48,715 bases of DNA from a virus: the UHGV virus genome UHGV-0199265; one strand, given 5' to 3'. The position numbers were made by a program, and so were the translations under genes. How positions within the stretch are numbered: the stretch's first letter is position 1; every line of letters starts with the position of its first letter. The notes under the pieces were generated by a model that had not been told where the DNA came from, ran no database searches, and saw only the letters and a list, made by a program, of their open reading frames with translations. Positions 35,853 to 44,778 of this stretch are shown here, in pieces.

Positions 35853-36055
35853 TGCGTCTTACTCTGGTTAACCAGCCGACCAACCACACCACATGCGGCG
35901 ATTACCGCTGTAATGGCGCCCATCGCTCCCGGCGGAATTGCGGTCTTGAGGTCTGGCGGTAGCTCTGCCCATACCGTGGGGATAACCCCGGCCAGCACCA
36001 GTGCATGCATGGAGAACCAGCGCCATGCGCTTTTCCAGTCATCAACGAGTTTCAT
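35849..36055 (-). CDS. Small two-TM membrane protein in lysis cassette (function unknown)
   Basis: 68 aa, ATGA coupled between endolysin and Rz. Confidence 0.4.
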   Translation of the reverse strand: MKLVDDWKSAWRWFSMHALVLAGVIPTVWAELPPDLKTAIPPGAMGAITAVIAACGVVGRLVNQSKTQ

Positions 36056-36501
36056 GAGAGAAATACCTCACGCTCTGCCTTGCGGCGATTCGTTAACCCA
36101 GGCATTACCTTGCCGCCTGACCGGTTCCAGCTCAGGAATGCGTCAGCGGCGCCTTTCACATCACCTGCATTCAGCTTCTTCATCAGCGTTGAGGTGGATA
36201 GCGCCCGCGTACCGATGTTGTAGGCCAGCGACACAAGCGCGTCGTACTGGTTCTGGGTAACGGTAACTTTGAGCATCTTGCTTACTGCCTGGTCAAAGCT
36301 CACCACGCCAGTGCGCAACAGGCGATCCGCCGTTGCGTCGTCAATCTTCATTCCGGGCCTGATAGGCTTCCCGTCTACTTTTCCCGTCCAGCCGTAGCCA
36401 ATCGTCCAGGGATCACCACCGGTGCCAGGGTCTGGATATGCGGTTAACCTGCAACCCTCAAATCGCTTAATCAGCGCAATACCGTTATTACTGATTTGCA
36501 T
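36052..36501 (-). CDS. Endolysin, GH24 (T4/P22-type lysozyme)
   Basis: 149 aa; LIKRFEGCRLTAYPD...GYG...ALVSLAYNIG signature. Confidence 0.85.
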   Translation of the reverse strand: MQISNNGIALIKRFEGCRLTAYPDPGTGGDPWTIGYGWTGKVDGKPIRPGMKIDDATADRLLRTGVVSFDQAVSKMLKVTVTQNQYDALVSLAYNIGTRALSTSTLMKKLNAGDVKGAADAFLSWNRSGGKVMPGLTNRRKAEREVFLS

Positions 36502-36805
36502 CTTTAATCCCCGTCAGGCGCTCCCAGAAATAGGTCAACGCTACGGAGCCCATCGCGCCGCTTATCCCCGCGGTTGCCAGAATCATGTAAATGCTCAGTC
36601 CGCTTTCAATGCTCACCAGGCCAGCAATAACGCCGGTAAACCCTGAAACCACCATTTGGGCAAGAGCATTGATCAAGCTCCATGTTGCCTTGCTCTGCTT
36701 CACATCTATCAGGTAGCGGACAAGTCCACCCCAGCAAGCAATGATCAGCAGAACCAGCCAGGACATCCCGGCAATGCTCTCTTTGTCTTGCATACGCTTA
36801 GCCAT
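36488..36805 (-). CDS. Holin (lambda S-like class I)
   Basis: 105 aa, three hydrophobic segments, charged C-terminus, precedes endolysin. Confidence 0.7.
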   Translation of the reverse strand: MAKRMQDKESIAGMSWLVLLIIACWGGLVRYLIDVKQSKATWSLINALAQMVVSGFTGVIAGLVSIESGLSIYMILATAGISGAMGSVALTYFWERLTGIKDANQ

Positions 36806-36996
36806 AGTTACCGCCTCCGATGGAAGATCGGGAAGCTGTGTGTGAGAAGGTCAGGGCCGTCGGGCTGATTTACCAACAAAGCGTCGAGGGTGATACTCGC
36901 GACCCTGAAAATAAAAAAACCCGCTCAAGGCGGGAAGAAACACCAAGGGTAAAAAGTGACGGCGCGGTAGCCGTAATGGTCCCAAGGTAGAGGGAT

Positions 36997-37071
36997 TGGA
37001 GCATCTGGCGGGGATCGAACCCGCATATTCTGGTTGGAAGCCAGACGTAATTACCAAACTACGACAGATGC
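36997..37071 (-). tRNA. tRNA-Gly (anticodon UCC), phage-encoded, between Q and holin
   Basis: manual cloverleaf: acceptor GCATCTG/CAGATGC, D stem GTAG/TTAC, anticodon stem TCTGG/CCAGA with loop CTTCCAA, T arm GCGGG-TTCGATC-CCCGC, discriminator T, CCA. Confidence 0.8.
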
Positions 37072-37154
37072 AATCTGGTTCAGGGCTCTTGCGCGGCGGG
37101 TGTCGACGTGTCGTGCAGCACGTCTCTACCCAAGAGCCCTGACCGGATTGCAGG

Positions 37155-37182
37155 CATAAAAAAGCCCCGGCGGGATGCCGAG
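37155..37182 (-). terminator. tR-prime-like terminator ~95-120 bp downstream of Q (GCCUCGGC-auccc-GCCGGGGC-UUUUUU)
   Basis: 8-bp stem, U6; a candidate late promoter lies between it and the Q stop. Confidence 0.6.
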
Positions 37183-37273
37183 GCTAATTTTACAAACTGG
37201 TATGTGACTATCATCTTTATGCCGCCACTTAAAGTTAAGGCAGCATATCAAAGTAGACTCAAATATGACGCAT

Positions 37274-37957
37274 TTAATTGACTTTTGCAAGACCCTGCTG
37301 CGAAAAAGTCGCTTTTTGTTGTGAACGTGATCGAGAAACAGAGAGCAACGCCTGACTATCAAGTTCCTGGTAGATGTCCATCATGATCTGCCAGTAATCT
37401 GAATAATTGTGGCACCAGTTATCTGGCTTTATCCCCACCATCGCGGCGGGAGAGTAATGATGCCCTTTACCGGTTATTTCCTGCTTTGTATTTTGAGCGG
37501 CCAGCCAAATGAGCTGACGCAGGCGATCGACTGTCTTTTTTGCAATGCGCACGCCAGCCAACTTCTCGCTGAATTGCTCCCACGCCCACTTGGTGATCGC
37601 CACCTGGTGCTCCCAGCAGATATTTTCGCTGTAATTCCACAGCAGCCACGCTTTCTGATGCTCTTCCAGCGACAGCAGAGCCCGGCGCCAGCTTGCCGTC
37701 GAGTACTCAACGGGCAGAACGAGAGCGATTGATGAACCTTTTGCGCGCGACTGCTGCCCGGGGATTGGCGGGCTGGATGGGTTTACCATGCGGCCTGTTA
37801 CCGGATCGGCTACTTTCTTTCTTCCCCGGCTGCGCGCCGTAGCGGTGAATTGTGCGTTCTCTGCAAAAGCAACCAACTGTCCTTTCGTCGCACCGCTCAG
37901 ATCCGCGGTGGCCACTATCAGCTGCTGGCGAACATACTCAAGGTACTGGGTATTCAT
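37274..37957 (-). CDS. Putative late-gene antiterminator Q (non-lambda family)
   Basis: 227 aa; position after the nin region and immediately before the late promoter, tR-prime, tRNA and lysis genes. Confidence 0.5.
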   Translation of the reverse strand: MNTQYLEYVRQQLIVATADLSGATKGQLVAFAENAQFTATARSRGRKKVADPVTGRMVNPSSPPIPGQQSRAKGSSIALVLPVEYSTASWRRALLSLEEHQKAWLLWNYSENICWEHQVAITKWAWEQFSEKLAGVRIAKKTVDRLRQLIWLAAQNTKQEITGKGHHYSPAAMVGIKPDNWCHNYSDYWQIMMDIYQELDSQALLSVSRSRSQQKATFSQQGLAKVN

Positions 37958-38094
37958 GCTTTCTCTCCTGAAGCCTGATAGATGCGGACGAAATTCTTCA
38001 AAATTCGGTAGTCAACCAGTACGGTGCCACGGTGCCGGCATAGACGCAGCTTTTGCCAGCGGTCGCGGATGCGTTCGATAACGTCACGGCTCAT
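37954..38094 (-). CDS. NinH-like small protein (46 aa)
   Basis: ATGA overlaps with NinG stop and Q start; CRHRGTVLVDY resembles lambda NinH CSRGTVRKY; not in track. Confidence 0.35.
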   Translation of the reverse strand: MSRDVIERIRDRWQKLRLCRHRGTVLVDYRILKNFVRIYQASGEKA

Positions 38095-38738
38095 GCGGCC
38101 TCCTGATGGCGGGCGCGGCGCTTTTCCAGCGCGCGGGCTCTGCGGGTGAATATGGATTTGATTCGCTGCAGGTAGGGAATATCGAACCGGCGCGGCTCGT
38201 TATCAGCCTCAAGGCGCTCTACGCGATCCAGGCCAATGCGTTCAATCAGGTGAATGCGATATTCAACAGCGTTGCCGCTCAACTGCCGGTTGCAGCGGGT
38301 GCAGGCGGAGTGGACATTGAACACGTTGAATTTCAGGTGCGACGCCGCACCACGGGAACGGTAATGACTGGCGTCAATTGCGCTGCCGGTCAGGTAGTTG
38401 CTCTTACCAATAAGCGGGTTTCCGCAGCTCACGCAGGGCTTACCTTCATCACGAATGCGAATATACCGGTTAAAGGCTGACTGAGCCTCTTTATCCCATT
38501 GGGCCTTTGTCTTGAATGACTCTCGCTTGGCCCGGCGACGCTGGCGACCTTCCTTTTCGGATTCGCGCTGGCGCTTCACCGCCCTGGCCTTCGCCGCCTC
38601 CCGGGCTTTTGCTGTCTGTTTTTTGCCGATCGCGCTGGCGCATTCAAAACTGCATACCACCTGCCCTTCCCGGGCAGGATGGAACCATTCGCGGCAGTGG
38701 GCGCATTTACGACGTGCAGGTTTACGCATGATCACCAC
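38091..38738 (-). CDS. ninG: NinG (Rap) recombination protein
   Basis: [16 protein letters not shown]...CVSCG...HYRSRGA...[11 protein letters not shown] closely parallels lambda NinG. Confidence 0.8.
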   Translation of the reverse strand: MVIMRKPARRKCAHCREWFHPAREGQVVCSFECASAIGKKQTAKAREAAKARAVKRQRESEKEGRQRRRAKRESFKTKAQWDKEAQSAFNRYIRIRDEGKPCVSCGNPLIGKSNYLTGSAIDASHYRSRGAASHLKFNVFNVHSACTRCNRQLSGNAVEYRIHLIERIGLDRVERLEADNEPRRFDIPYLQRIKSIFTRRARALEKRRARHQEAA

Positions 38739-39390
38739 CCTGGATCTGCACCAAGGTCAGGCGGCCACAGAATACAGCCCCGGTATCGATATACATCTGA
38801 TTGGCGTACTGGCTTGGCTGATGTGCCGGGGTATGCCCAAAAATAAACAGGTCTGCACCGGATATTTCATTCACAATCCCATCCTGAGCCGCGCTCACTC
38901 GCTCACGATTCCAGATCACCTGTTCTGCATCGACGGGCTTGTCATACGCATATTCGTTATGAGGGTAGTCAGCATGGCAGACCACCACCCTCTTACCCTC
39001 GGTCATTACCTCGATGATGAGTGGCAAACCTGCAACCAAATGGGACAACGCGATAGCCAGGCGTTCTTTGTCGTAGTCAAGGTTAAAGAACCATCCGCCA
39101 CCGTTGGCGAGCCAGTGATTCACGTTCCCGGAGGAGGATAGTCCGTCGAGCATCATCTGCTCATGGTTTCCGCGAACAGCCATGAACCAGGGCATTGTGA
39201 TTAGCTCAAGGCACTCGACGTTCTCCGCCCCGCGGTCGATAAGGTCGCCAACCGAAACCAGCAGATCCTGTGCTGGGTCGAACCCGACAGCGTCCAGCCG
39301 GTTCATCAGGTTGGTGTAGCAGCCGTGCAGGTCGCCAACAACCCAGATATTGCGCCAGTCAGCGCCGTTAATGCGTTGATAAATGCTCAT
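38722..39390 (-). CDS. Ser/Thr protein phosphatase (lambda NinI / PP-lambda family)
   Basis: GDLHGC, GDLIDRG, GNHE metallophosphatase motifs. Confidence 0.85.
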   Translation of the reverse strand: MSIYQRINGADWRNIWVVGDLHGCYTNLMNRLDAVGFDPAQDLLVSVGDLIDRGAENVECLELITMPWFMAVRGNHEQMMLDGLSSSGNVNHWLANGGGWFFNLDYDKERLAIALSHLVAGLPLIIEVMTEGKRVVVCHADYPHNEYAYDKPVDAEQVIWNRERVSAAQDGIVNEISGADLFIFGHTPAHQPSQYANQMYIDTGAVFCGRLTLVQIQGGDHA

Positions 39391-39554
39391 GCAATTTTCC
39401 TTCTGGCAGCGCGGCGCAGCCAGCGGACATCTGCCAGGTGAGCCGTATAGTGAAAGGTGGGGATATCGGAAGGCTTAACTTCTACCTTGCGCTTGCGGCG
39501 CGCCGGCACGCGGAAAATACCGCGATCCATTACTTTGGCGAGAAGGCTGCTCAT
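39387..39554 (-). CDS. ninE: NinE-like protein
   Basis: [21 protein letters not shown] vs lambda NinE TFNYTAHLWDIRWLRHRAR; ATGA overlaps on both sides. Confidence 0.6.
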   Translation of the reverse strand: MSSLLAKVMDRGIFRVPARRKRKVEVKPSDIPTFHYTAHLADVRWLRRAARRKIA

Positions 39555-40009
39555 CAGGCCTCCTGCTTTTGCTGCAGCTGCTGATATTCGCAACCATGTG
39601 GAATGGTGAGAGCCAGACCAAACTGAGCGCACCAGGCCTCAACTTTGGTCAGGAAGATGTGCATTTCGCCGGTATCAAGATCGGAGGTATGCCGGGGTTC
39701 CCAGGTTGTGGTTTTCTCACCGGTGATGAAGTCGGTGTATGTCACCTCTTCACACCCGAGATAGGTCTTTTTGAGGTTGCGCTTAACCCATTCAGGAGTT
39801 GCGTCGGCACGTCCTGAGTTAATCAGGTATTCGCTGATTTCCGCGTACCACATGTGACTGAGTGCGTTCTGGCTCAGGCTGCGTTTTTCACGCCACTCTT
39901 TGACCTGCAGGCGCAGGCATTTCCCGTCAGAGAGCTGCTCCTGAAGAATCTTGCCTATAGCGCTGAAGTTGCCGCTGTGCAGTTTGATGCCGCATTGAGG
40001 GATGTTCAC
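39554..40009 (-). CDS. ninB: NinB recombination protein
   Basis: [19 protein letters not shown] vs lambda NinB SLDQNRKLWACLGDVS; 151 aa. Confidence 0.7.
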   Translation of the reverse strand: MNIPQCGIKLHSGNFSAIGKILQEQLSDGKCLRLQVKEWREKRSLSQNALSHMWYAEISEYLINSGRADATPEWVKRNLKKTYLGCEEVTYTDFITGEKTTTWEPRHTSDLDTGEMHIFLTKVEAWCAQFGLALTIPHGCEYQQLQQKQEA

Positions 40010-40210
40010 GCTTCACCTCCGCAGAGGCTAAGCGCTGAATGCAGAAAATCGCCGGTGGCTTTCGCCATCAGTGACAGGGATTGCTGTAAGGTTTTGTGCT
40101 CCATGTGTCCCCACTTGGCGCCGGAAGTAAGTCGTCAGTTGCTCAGGCTGACGAGGTAATTATCGCCCTTCCCGGGGATAAATGCAAAATGAGCATATAC
40201 GAGAAAATCG

Positions 40211-40468
40211 CTATTTCTTGGCGTTCTGCTCTGCCATTTCCAGATAGCGCGGATCGGATGCGCGGGGGAGCTGGATGCTCTGCTGCCGGTAGTAGCGGAC
40301 GCGCTCCATGAAATACTCGCGTAGGTGTTCAGGCTGCTCTCTGGCTACCACTTCGGCGACTACCGGCATGTTCAGGCGTTCTTTGTAGGCGACGCCGGAC
40401 GCTGCGAGGTCAACGTTGACCTTGTCCTGCTCATCTTTCGATTTGGCTGCAATGTTCCACTGTGACAT
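40211..40468 (-). CDS. Hypothetical protein (85 aa)
   Basis: nin-region ORF. Confidence 0.4.
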   Translation of the reverse strand: MSQWNIAAKSKDEQDKVNVDLAASGVAYKERLNMPVVAEVVAREQPEHLREYFMERVRYYRQQSIQLPRASDPRYLEMAEQNAKK

Positions 40469-40707
40469 TAAATTTTTTCCTTATCAAATCCCACCTCAGA
40501 CAGTTTCTTGGCAAGCTTCATAGAATCAGTAAAGAGTGTAACCAACGAACTTTTAAGTCCAATTTCTTCAACAAACTCTTTAGCAGTTACGCCAGTAAGG
40601 TGATGGTAATATTTGATAATCTGAAGCTGAACAGTAACTGTTCTGTCTCCTTTTGGGGCGCAATCGACCGTCTTTCTGATAGTGGAAAAAACATCTGATT
40701 TTTTCAT
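40468..40707 (-). CDS. Hypothetical protein (79 aa), AT-rich moron
   Basis: distinctly AT-rich ORF with upstream AAGGAGG RBS and TATACT -10-like hexamer. Confidence 0.4.
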   Translation of the reverse strand: MKKSDVFSTIRKTVDCAPKGDRTVTVQLQIIKYYHHLTGVTAKEFVEEIGLKSSLVTLFTDSMKLAKKLSEVGFDKEKI

Positions 40708-40788
40708 AGGGTACCCTCCTTGGCAGAGTATACCCTACCAGAATACTTTATAATGTCGCGGATTTGCTTACTGCGGTGGGTTTAGGCA

Positions 40789-41028
40789 TCAGTCTTCATC
40801 CTCATCCCAATCGTCATCTTCCTCATCCTCGTCATCATCGCAGGAAGCGAGCAATGGATTCATTCGCCGCCCCACCTGACTGGCGTAGCCGCGGCGACCG
40901 AGGTTGTGCAGCACGCCGTAGATTTCGAACATTTCGGTTCGCTCATCCCCAATATCAAGCTCACAGGCCAGCGCGTGGCATTCAGTGGCGAGTGCCGATA
41001 TCTTCTCAAGCAGTTCGACCTTATTCAC
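40789..41028 (-). CDS. Hypothetical protein with poly-Asp/Glu C-terminal tail
   Basis: 79 aa; last 22 residues almost entirely D/E. Confidence 0.4.
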   Translation of the reverse strand: MNKVELLEKISALATECHALACELDIGDERTEMFEIYGVLHNLGRRGYASQVGRRMNPLLASCDDDEDEEDDDWDEDED

Positions 41029-41530
41029 GATTCACCTCCTGCGGCGCTGCCGGCAGCGGCATCCAGTGGGTTATATTCTTGGCAATGAATTGGTTTGCCT
41101 GCCAAGCACCAAATATGAATGCGTAGGTAGTTACGTAACGATTATCCCAGCAAAGATATGCCCCATCATTTTCCGGCATCCGCTCGCTTACCGGAATCCA
41201 TCTATCTGCGACACTATCGACGCTCTGCACCGAGTTCAGAGCGGGGGTATCATGCGGGGCGGCTGCGAGCTCACTAACAATACGCTTAATGCCGTCGATA
41301 CGGTCATCATCAACAGGGTCTGCCGTTTCAATCCGATCAAGCATCATCAGCGCTGCGTTTGCTTTATCGTTGCATGTCCAACCATCCGGAATTGCCGGAG
41401 AGTTGCAAGCGCTGAGCAATCGTTCCATGATTTCGACCATATCTTCTGGCGGAACCTTGCAGGACTGGCCGATGTGCCTCTGCTGCCTGGCGTATTCGAG
41501 AATGTGCTCCAGTTTGTCGCGGTTGATCAT
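41021..41530 (-). CDS. DUF551-domain protein
   Basis: C-terminal ITHWMPLPAAPQ typical of DUF551 phage proteins. Confidence 0.55.
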   Translation of the reverse strand: MINRDKLEHILEYARQQRHIGQSCKVPPEDMVEIMERLLSACNSPAIPDGWTCNDKANAALMMLDRIETADPVDDDRIDGIKRIVSELAAAPHDTPALNSVQSVDSVADRWIPVSERMPENDGAYLCWDNRYVTTYAFIFGAWQANQFIAKNITHWMPLPAAPQEVNRE

Positions 41531-42492
41531 GACTTACCTCCGTTGAGCATGGCGGCGCGGCAGGCGGAAATAACTTTCAGCAAGCGGTCATTGTTGGATA
41601 TTGCAGCTTGACGATGCGCCTCTGTAGTTAGCTCGCCTTCAACTAAACCACGAGCAACAAGCGCAGCATCCTGAATTGCTAATTTATTCAGGTTATCCCA
41701 GCCACAATGGAATGGGCATCGCACTACCGGCGCTGTATGCGCGTGGCGATAGAGTGGCGCTATGTTGCGCTCGAGGTCGGTGATGACACTCCATATTGGG
41801 ACTGACTCAACGCCTTGTTTCGCCATATCACGATAACTGTCGGCATACGCCAGCACAGGATTGCGATCCGGCTCGGCTTCCATCGTCGCCGACCGCTTAT
41901 TAAGTTCGAGCGCCACCAGGGCAATAGCCGATGTTGTTGGTGAATGCATGTGAGGATTGCTTGCCACGCACTCCAGCCACACCACATCATTAAAACGATT
42001 GAAGTCAAAATCCTCCGGCACTACCGGCGCTTGCGGCGTGGTGTAGAGTTTGGCACCTTCTTCAAGGTTCTTGTGCCATCCGACCAGCAATGCGTCGCCG
42101 ACCTCAATAACCTCTCCCACCGGCTCTCCATCCAGCGGCGGCAGGTCTGGAGTTGTCACGCCAAACAGCGCCGCCAGTGCGCGATAGTTCTGCTCGCTGT
42201 GATAGCGACCTTTGCAGCGGACCAGTTTTTCGGCTGCTGCGTTGATGGCCTGCGCCTTCTCCAGCGCCTCTACCAGCTCAGCGCCAGCAGCTTTCCATGC
42301 CATCCACATGGCTTGAAGCATGAAGTACAATTGCTCGTCGTAAATTTCCCCTTCGGTGTATTCGCCATCTTTAAAGGCTGGGAAGTTTACGTCGGCCCCT
42401 ACAACATCATTTACAAACCACGCTTCGAATTTCTCTCTCTGCGCCAGCTCGGTGATATTAGTCATCGCTGTTCTCCACTCCATAATCCGCAA
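41527..42492 (-). CDS. Hypothetical protein (321 aa); N-terminal domain paralogous to that of the 43107-43610 gene
   Basis: shared motif FEAWFVND...YFMLQAMWMAWKAAG vs IEFVTWFFNE...WFMMMAAMWEGWKG. Confidence 0.45.
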   Translation of the reverse strand: MRIMEWRTAMTNITELAQREKFEAWFVNDVVGADVNFPAFKDGEYTEGEIYDEQLYFMLQAMWMAWKAAGAELVEALEKAQAINAAAEKLVRCKGRYHSEQNYRALAALFGVTTPDLPPLDGEPVGEVIEVGDALLVGWHKNLEEGAKLYTTPQAPVVPEDFDFNRFNDVVWLECVASNPHMHSPTTSAIALVALELNKRSATMEAEPDRNPVLAYADSYRDMAKQGVESVPIWSVITDLERNIAPLYRHAHTAPVVRCPFHCGWDNLNKLAIQDAALVARGLVEGELTTEAHRQAAISNNDRLLKVISACRAAMLNGGKS

Positions 42493-42853
42493 AATACCCT
42501 GACGACATTTTGATGAATCTGTCCTCGGTTACCGTATAGGCCTTCCTGCCTTTTCTCTCTTTCCCCTCAGGGTCAATGAGGTGGCAGGCGTAGATAATCC
42601 GGCGCTGCCACTTTCCAGGCATCTCAGCGACAGACAGAACCTCAAGGATTCTTTTCCCTTCTGCATCAGCTGTGTAAACGGCCTGGTCTCCATAACCGCA
42701 ATCAGCTGGCTCAAATGTCTTTCGGCAACCACCAATCCACCTTTCATCGGTGAATACATTTCCGTCCCATTGCTGATGGTCAGTGCATACGAAAATGAAT
42801 GGGTAAACTGTTTCGAACCGGTCACCGGCGCGAATGTCCAGCGTCTTGCTCAT
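42458..42853 (-). CDS. Hypothetical protein (131 aa)
   Basis: nin-region ORF, coupled. Confidence 0.4.
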   Translation of the reverse strand: MSKTLDIRAGDRFETVYPFIFVCTDHQQWDGNVFTDERWIGGCRKTFEPADCGYGDQAVYTADAEGKRILEVLSVAEMPGKWQRRIIYACHLIDPEGKERKGRKAYTVTEDRFIKMSSGYFADYGVENSDD

Positions 42854-43110
42854 TTGTCGGCCCCCTCGCTGCGGAACATCATGATTGTCAGGTCGCCTTT
42901 AGTGGCCAGGCGAACGGTAGAGCCAGGTTCCAGGCTGTTAAGTTCAAAGGCGTCATAAAACTCATTCACAGCTTTCTGGCGGCGAGATTCCTTACGACGC
43001 TTGTCCCACTGCCTCAGAGCATTTTTGGTAATCCACTGGCCTGTTTTAACCATGATGTATGCCCACCCCAGAATGGCTAAACCGGTATTGAGATAAGTGG
43101 CGATGCTCAT
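42850..43110 (-). CDS. Small membrane protein (86 aa, one TM)
   Basis: N-terminal hydrophobic helix; ATGA coupling. Confidence 0.4.
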   Translation of the reverse strand: MSIATYLNTGLAILGWAYIMVKTGQWITKNALRQWDKRRKESRRQKAVNEFYDAFELNSLEPGSTVRLATKGDLTIMMFRSEGADK

Positions 43111-43610
43111 TTGTCGGCCCCCTCGCGCAGTTGCTCGAAAAACTCCTTACCGCAGTCGATAGCGCCAACAATTACGGCAACTTCATCGCCTACAAAATCA
43201 CCCTCATCGACATGCTGCTGCAGGAGACCAATGAACTCCTCAACCCCATCAGCCTTAATCCCGGCCAGGTAGGCATCGGTAGCGGGGGTTTGTACTGCCG
43301 TCACATTAGCCCGGTGGTCATTCCATCCGCGCGCATATATCGGATTTATGGACATGCCGTCCTTCACGCAGTACCGCTGGCCACCACGATTGATAACTTC
43401 AATCTCTTCCGCAACGGCTGCCTTCAGCGCCATATTCTCCGTAGCCAGCTTATCCATTTCGATGCTACGACCTTTCCAGCCCTCCCACATTGCAGCCATC
43501 ATCATGAACCAGACATTCCCGCACCCCACCTTCTTCTCGTTAAAGAACCAGGTTACGAATTCAATGCTCATATCGTTTTGCAGTGCAATCTGTTCGACTT
43601 CGTTTTTCAT
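43107..43610 (-). CDS. Hypothetical protein (167 aa), paralogous N-domain to the 41527-42492 gene
   Basis: ATG at 43610 with GGGAG RBS; the track ORF uses an upstream GTG start. Confidence 0.4.
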   Translation of the reverse strand: MKNEVEQIALQNDMSIEFVTWFFNEKKVGCGNVWFMMMAAMWEGWKGRSIEMDKLATENMALKAAVAEEIEVINRGGQRYCVKDGMSINPIYARGWNDHRANVTAVQTPATDAYLAGIKADGVEEFIGLLQQHVDEGDFVGDEVAVIVGAIDCGKEFFEQLREGADK

Positions 43611-43909
43611 TTTCTTACTCCCGCCAGGCACTGGTTAAACAGGTTGGTCATTGGGTTTACACCGCCAGGACGCTGGCGATACTGAACAGACGGATCGCTT
43701 TCGGTTACGGCTGTTGTGTCGATCAGGGTGTAGCGGTAGCTCCTGCACTCACCTTCACGCTTAACCTGGCCGTCACGGTGCATCTGCCACAGGGAGGAAT
43801 TGACCACTGAAGAGTCAAGACCGGTACCGCGGCGGATATCCTGAAAGCTGCAGCCAGGATGCTGGCCGATGAAGTTAATAACGGCTTGTTTGCCAGAGTT
43901 CTTTTTCAT
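43607..43909 (-). CDS. Winged-helix DNA-binding protein (100 aa)
   Basis: ATGA overlap with DnaC-like stop; FIGQHPGCSFQDIRRGTGLDSSVVNSSLWQMHRDGQV wHTH-like. Confidence 0.4.
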   Translation of the reverse strand: MKKNSGKQAVINFIGQHPGCSFQDIRRGTGLDSSVVNSSLWQMHRDGQVKREGECRSYRYTLIDTTAVTESDPSVQYRQRPGGVNPMTNLFNQCLAGVRK

Positions 43910-44778
43910 GACCGGTTCTCCCGATAGCTGTCCCAGGTAAACGAAATCGTGCATCCGCCGCCGTCGTTCATGCGGTCGATGACGCGCTCGCCGATAAACT
44001 GCGTCAGCTCATCCTTAGGCAGGTTGCTGATCAGGATCGTCGGCTTCAGGCGCTCGTAGCGGGTGTTGATGATTTCAAACATGATCATCTTCTCGGCTTC
44101 GCTGCCAAACTGCACACCAACCTCATCGACAATCAGAAGGTCTGGCTTCGTGAAGTAGCGGATCACCTCATCCTCAGTGCGCGTGGCTGTTTTTGACCAG
44201 GTCGATTTAAACTCCCGGGCAATCTTCAGCGCCGTCGTGAAAATGACTGAGCTTTGGTGGTGCTCAATCACATGACGGGCAATGGCCAGCGCAAGGTGGT
44301 TTTTACCGGTACCAGGCTTGCCACACATAACCAACCCACCGCCCTGCTGGAGGCGATCAGTCCATTTCGATGCGTAGGCCTGGCAGACCCGTAATGCTCG
44401 CTCAGAATCCTTCCCAACAGGCTTGTAGCTGTCCAGAGTGCACGTGGAGAAGCGCTCTGGTATGTCCAGCTGTCGAAGCAGCCTTTCTGCAGTTTGCTGG
44501 CGAACTCGCTTATCCCAGCGAACCTTTTCATCCTTCAGAAAATTCAGTTCGTCTTCCAGGCAGCCCGGGCAGCGTGTCGGCGGTGATGGCAGATTGATGA
44601 TGCTGCTGCTGGTCAGGATCCGCTTTCGCTGCTCATACTCGCCATGCTTTTCGCAACAGACGCGCTCAATAACCACCTCGCAATTCGGGATGTCTTCCGG
44701 TGGCTTACTCAGCTGATCAAGCATCCGCTCAATGGCAGTGATTTTTTCTTCCAGTTCCATGATCAGTCCCTCGCCCAT
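43906..44778 (-). CDS. DnaC-like helicase loader (replication protein P functional position)
   Basis: Walker A MCGKPGTGKNHLALAIA, DEVG Walker B; follows the O-like gene. Confidence 0.8.
   Translation of the reverse strand: MGEGLIMELEEKITAIERMLDQLSKPPEDIPNCEVVIERVCCEKHGEYEQRKRILTSSSIINLPSPPTRCPGCLEDELNFLKDEKVRWDKRVRQQTAERLLRQLDIPERFSTCTLDSYKPVGKDSERALRVCQAYASKWTDRLQQGGGLVMCGKPGTGKNHLALAIARHVIEHHQSSVIFTTALKIAREFKSTWSKTATRTEDEVIRYFTKPDLLIVDEVGVQFGSEAEKMIMFEIINTRYERLKPTILISNLPKDELTQFIGERVIDRMNDGGGCTISFTWDSYRENRS

Noticed and set aside
35502-36260. 252-aa + strand ORF spanning Rz, membrane protein and endolysin genes
   Set aside because: Runs antisense through three well-supported lysis genes. 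Arg/Ser/Cys-rich composition; no start context.
40708-40790. Inverted repeat AGGGTACC...TACCCT and TATACT hexamer upstream of the AT-rich 79-aa gene, considered as an independent moron promoter/operator
   Set aside because: The -35 element is weak or mis-spaced, and the repeat is short with a 17-nt loop; evidence too thin for a feature call. Mentioned only in the gene's evidence.
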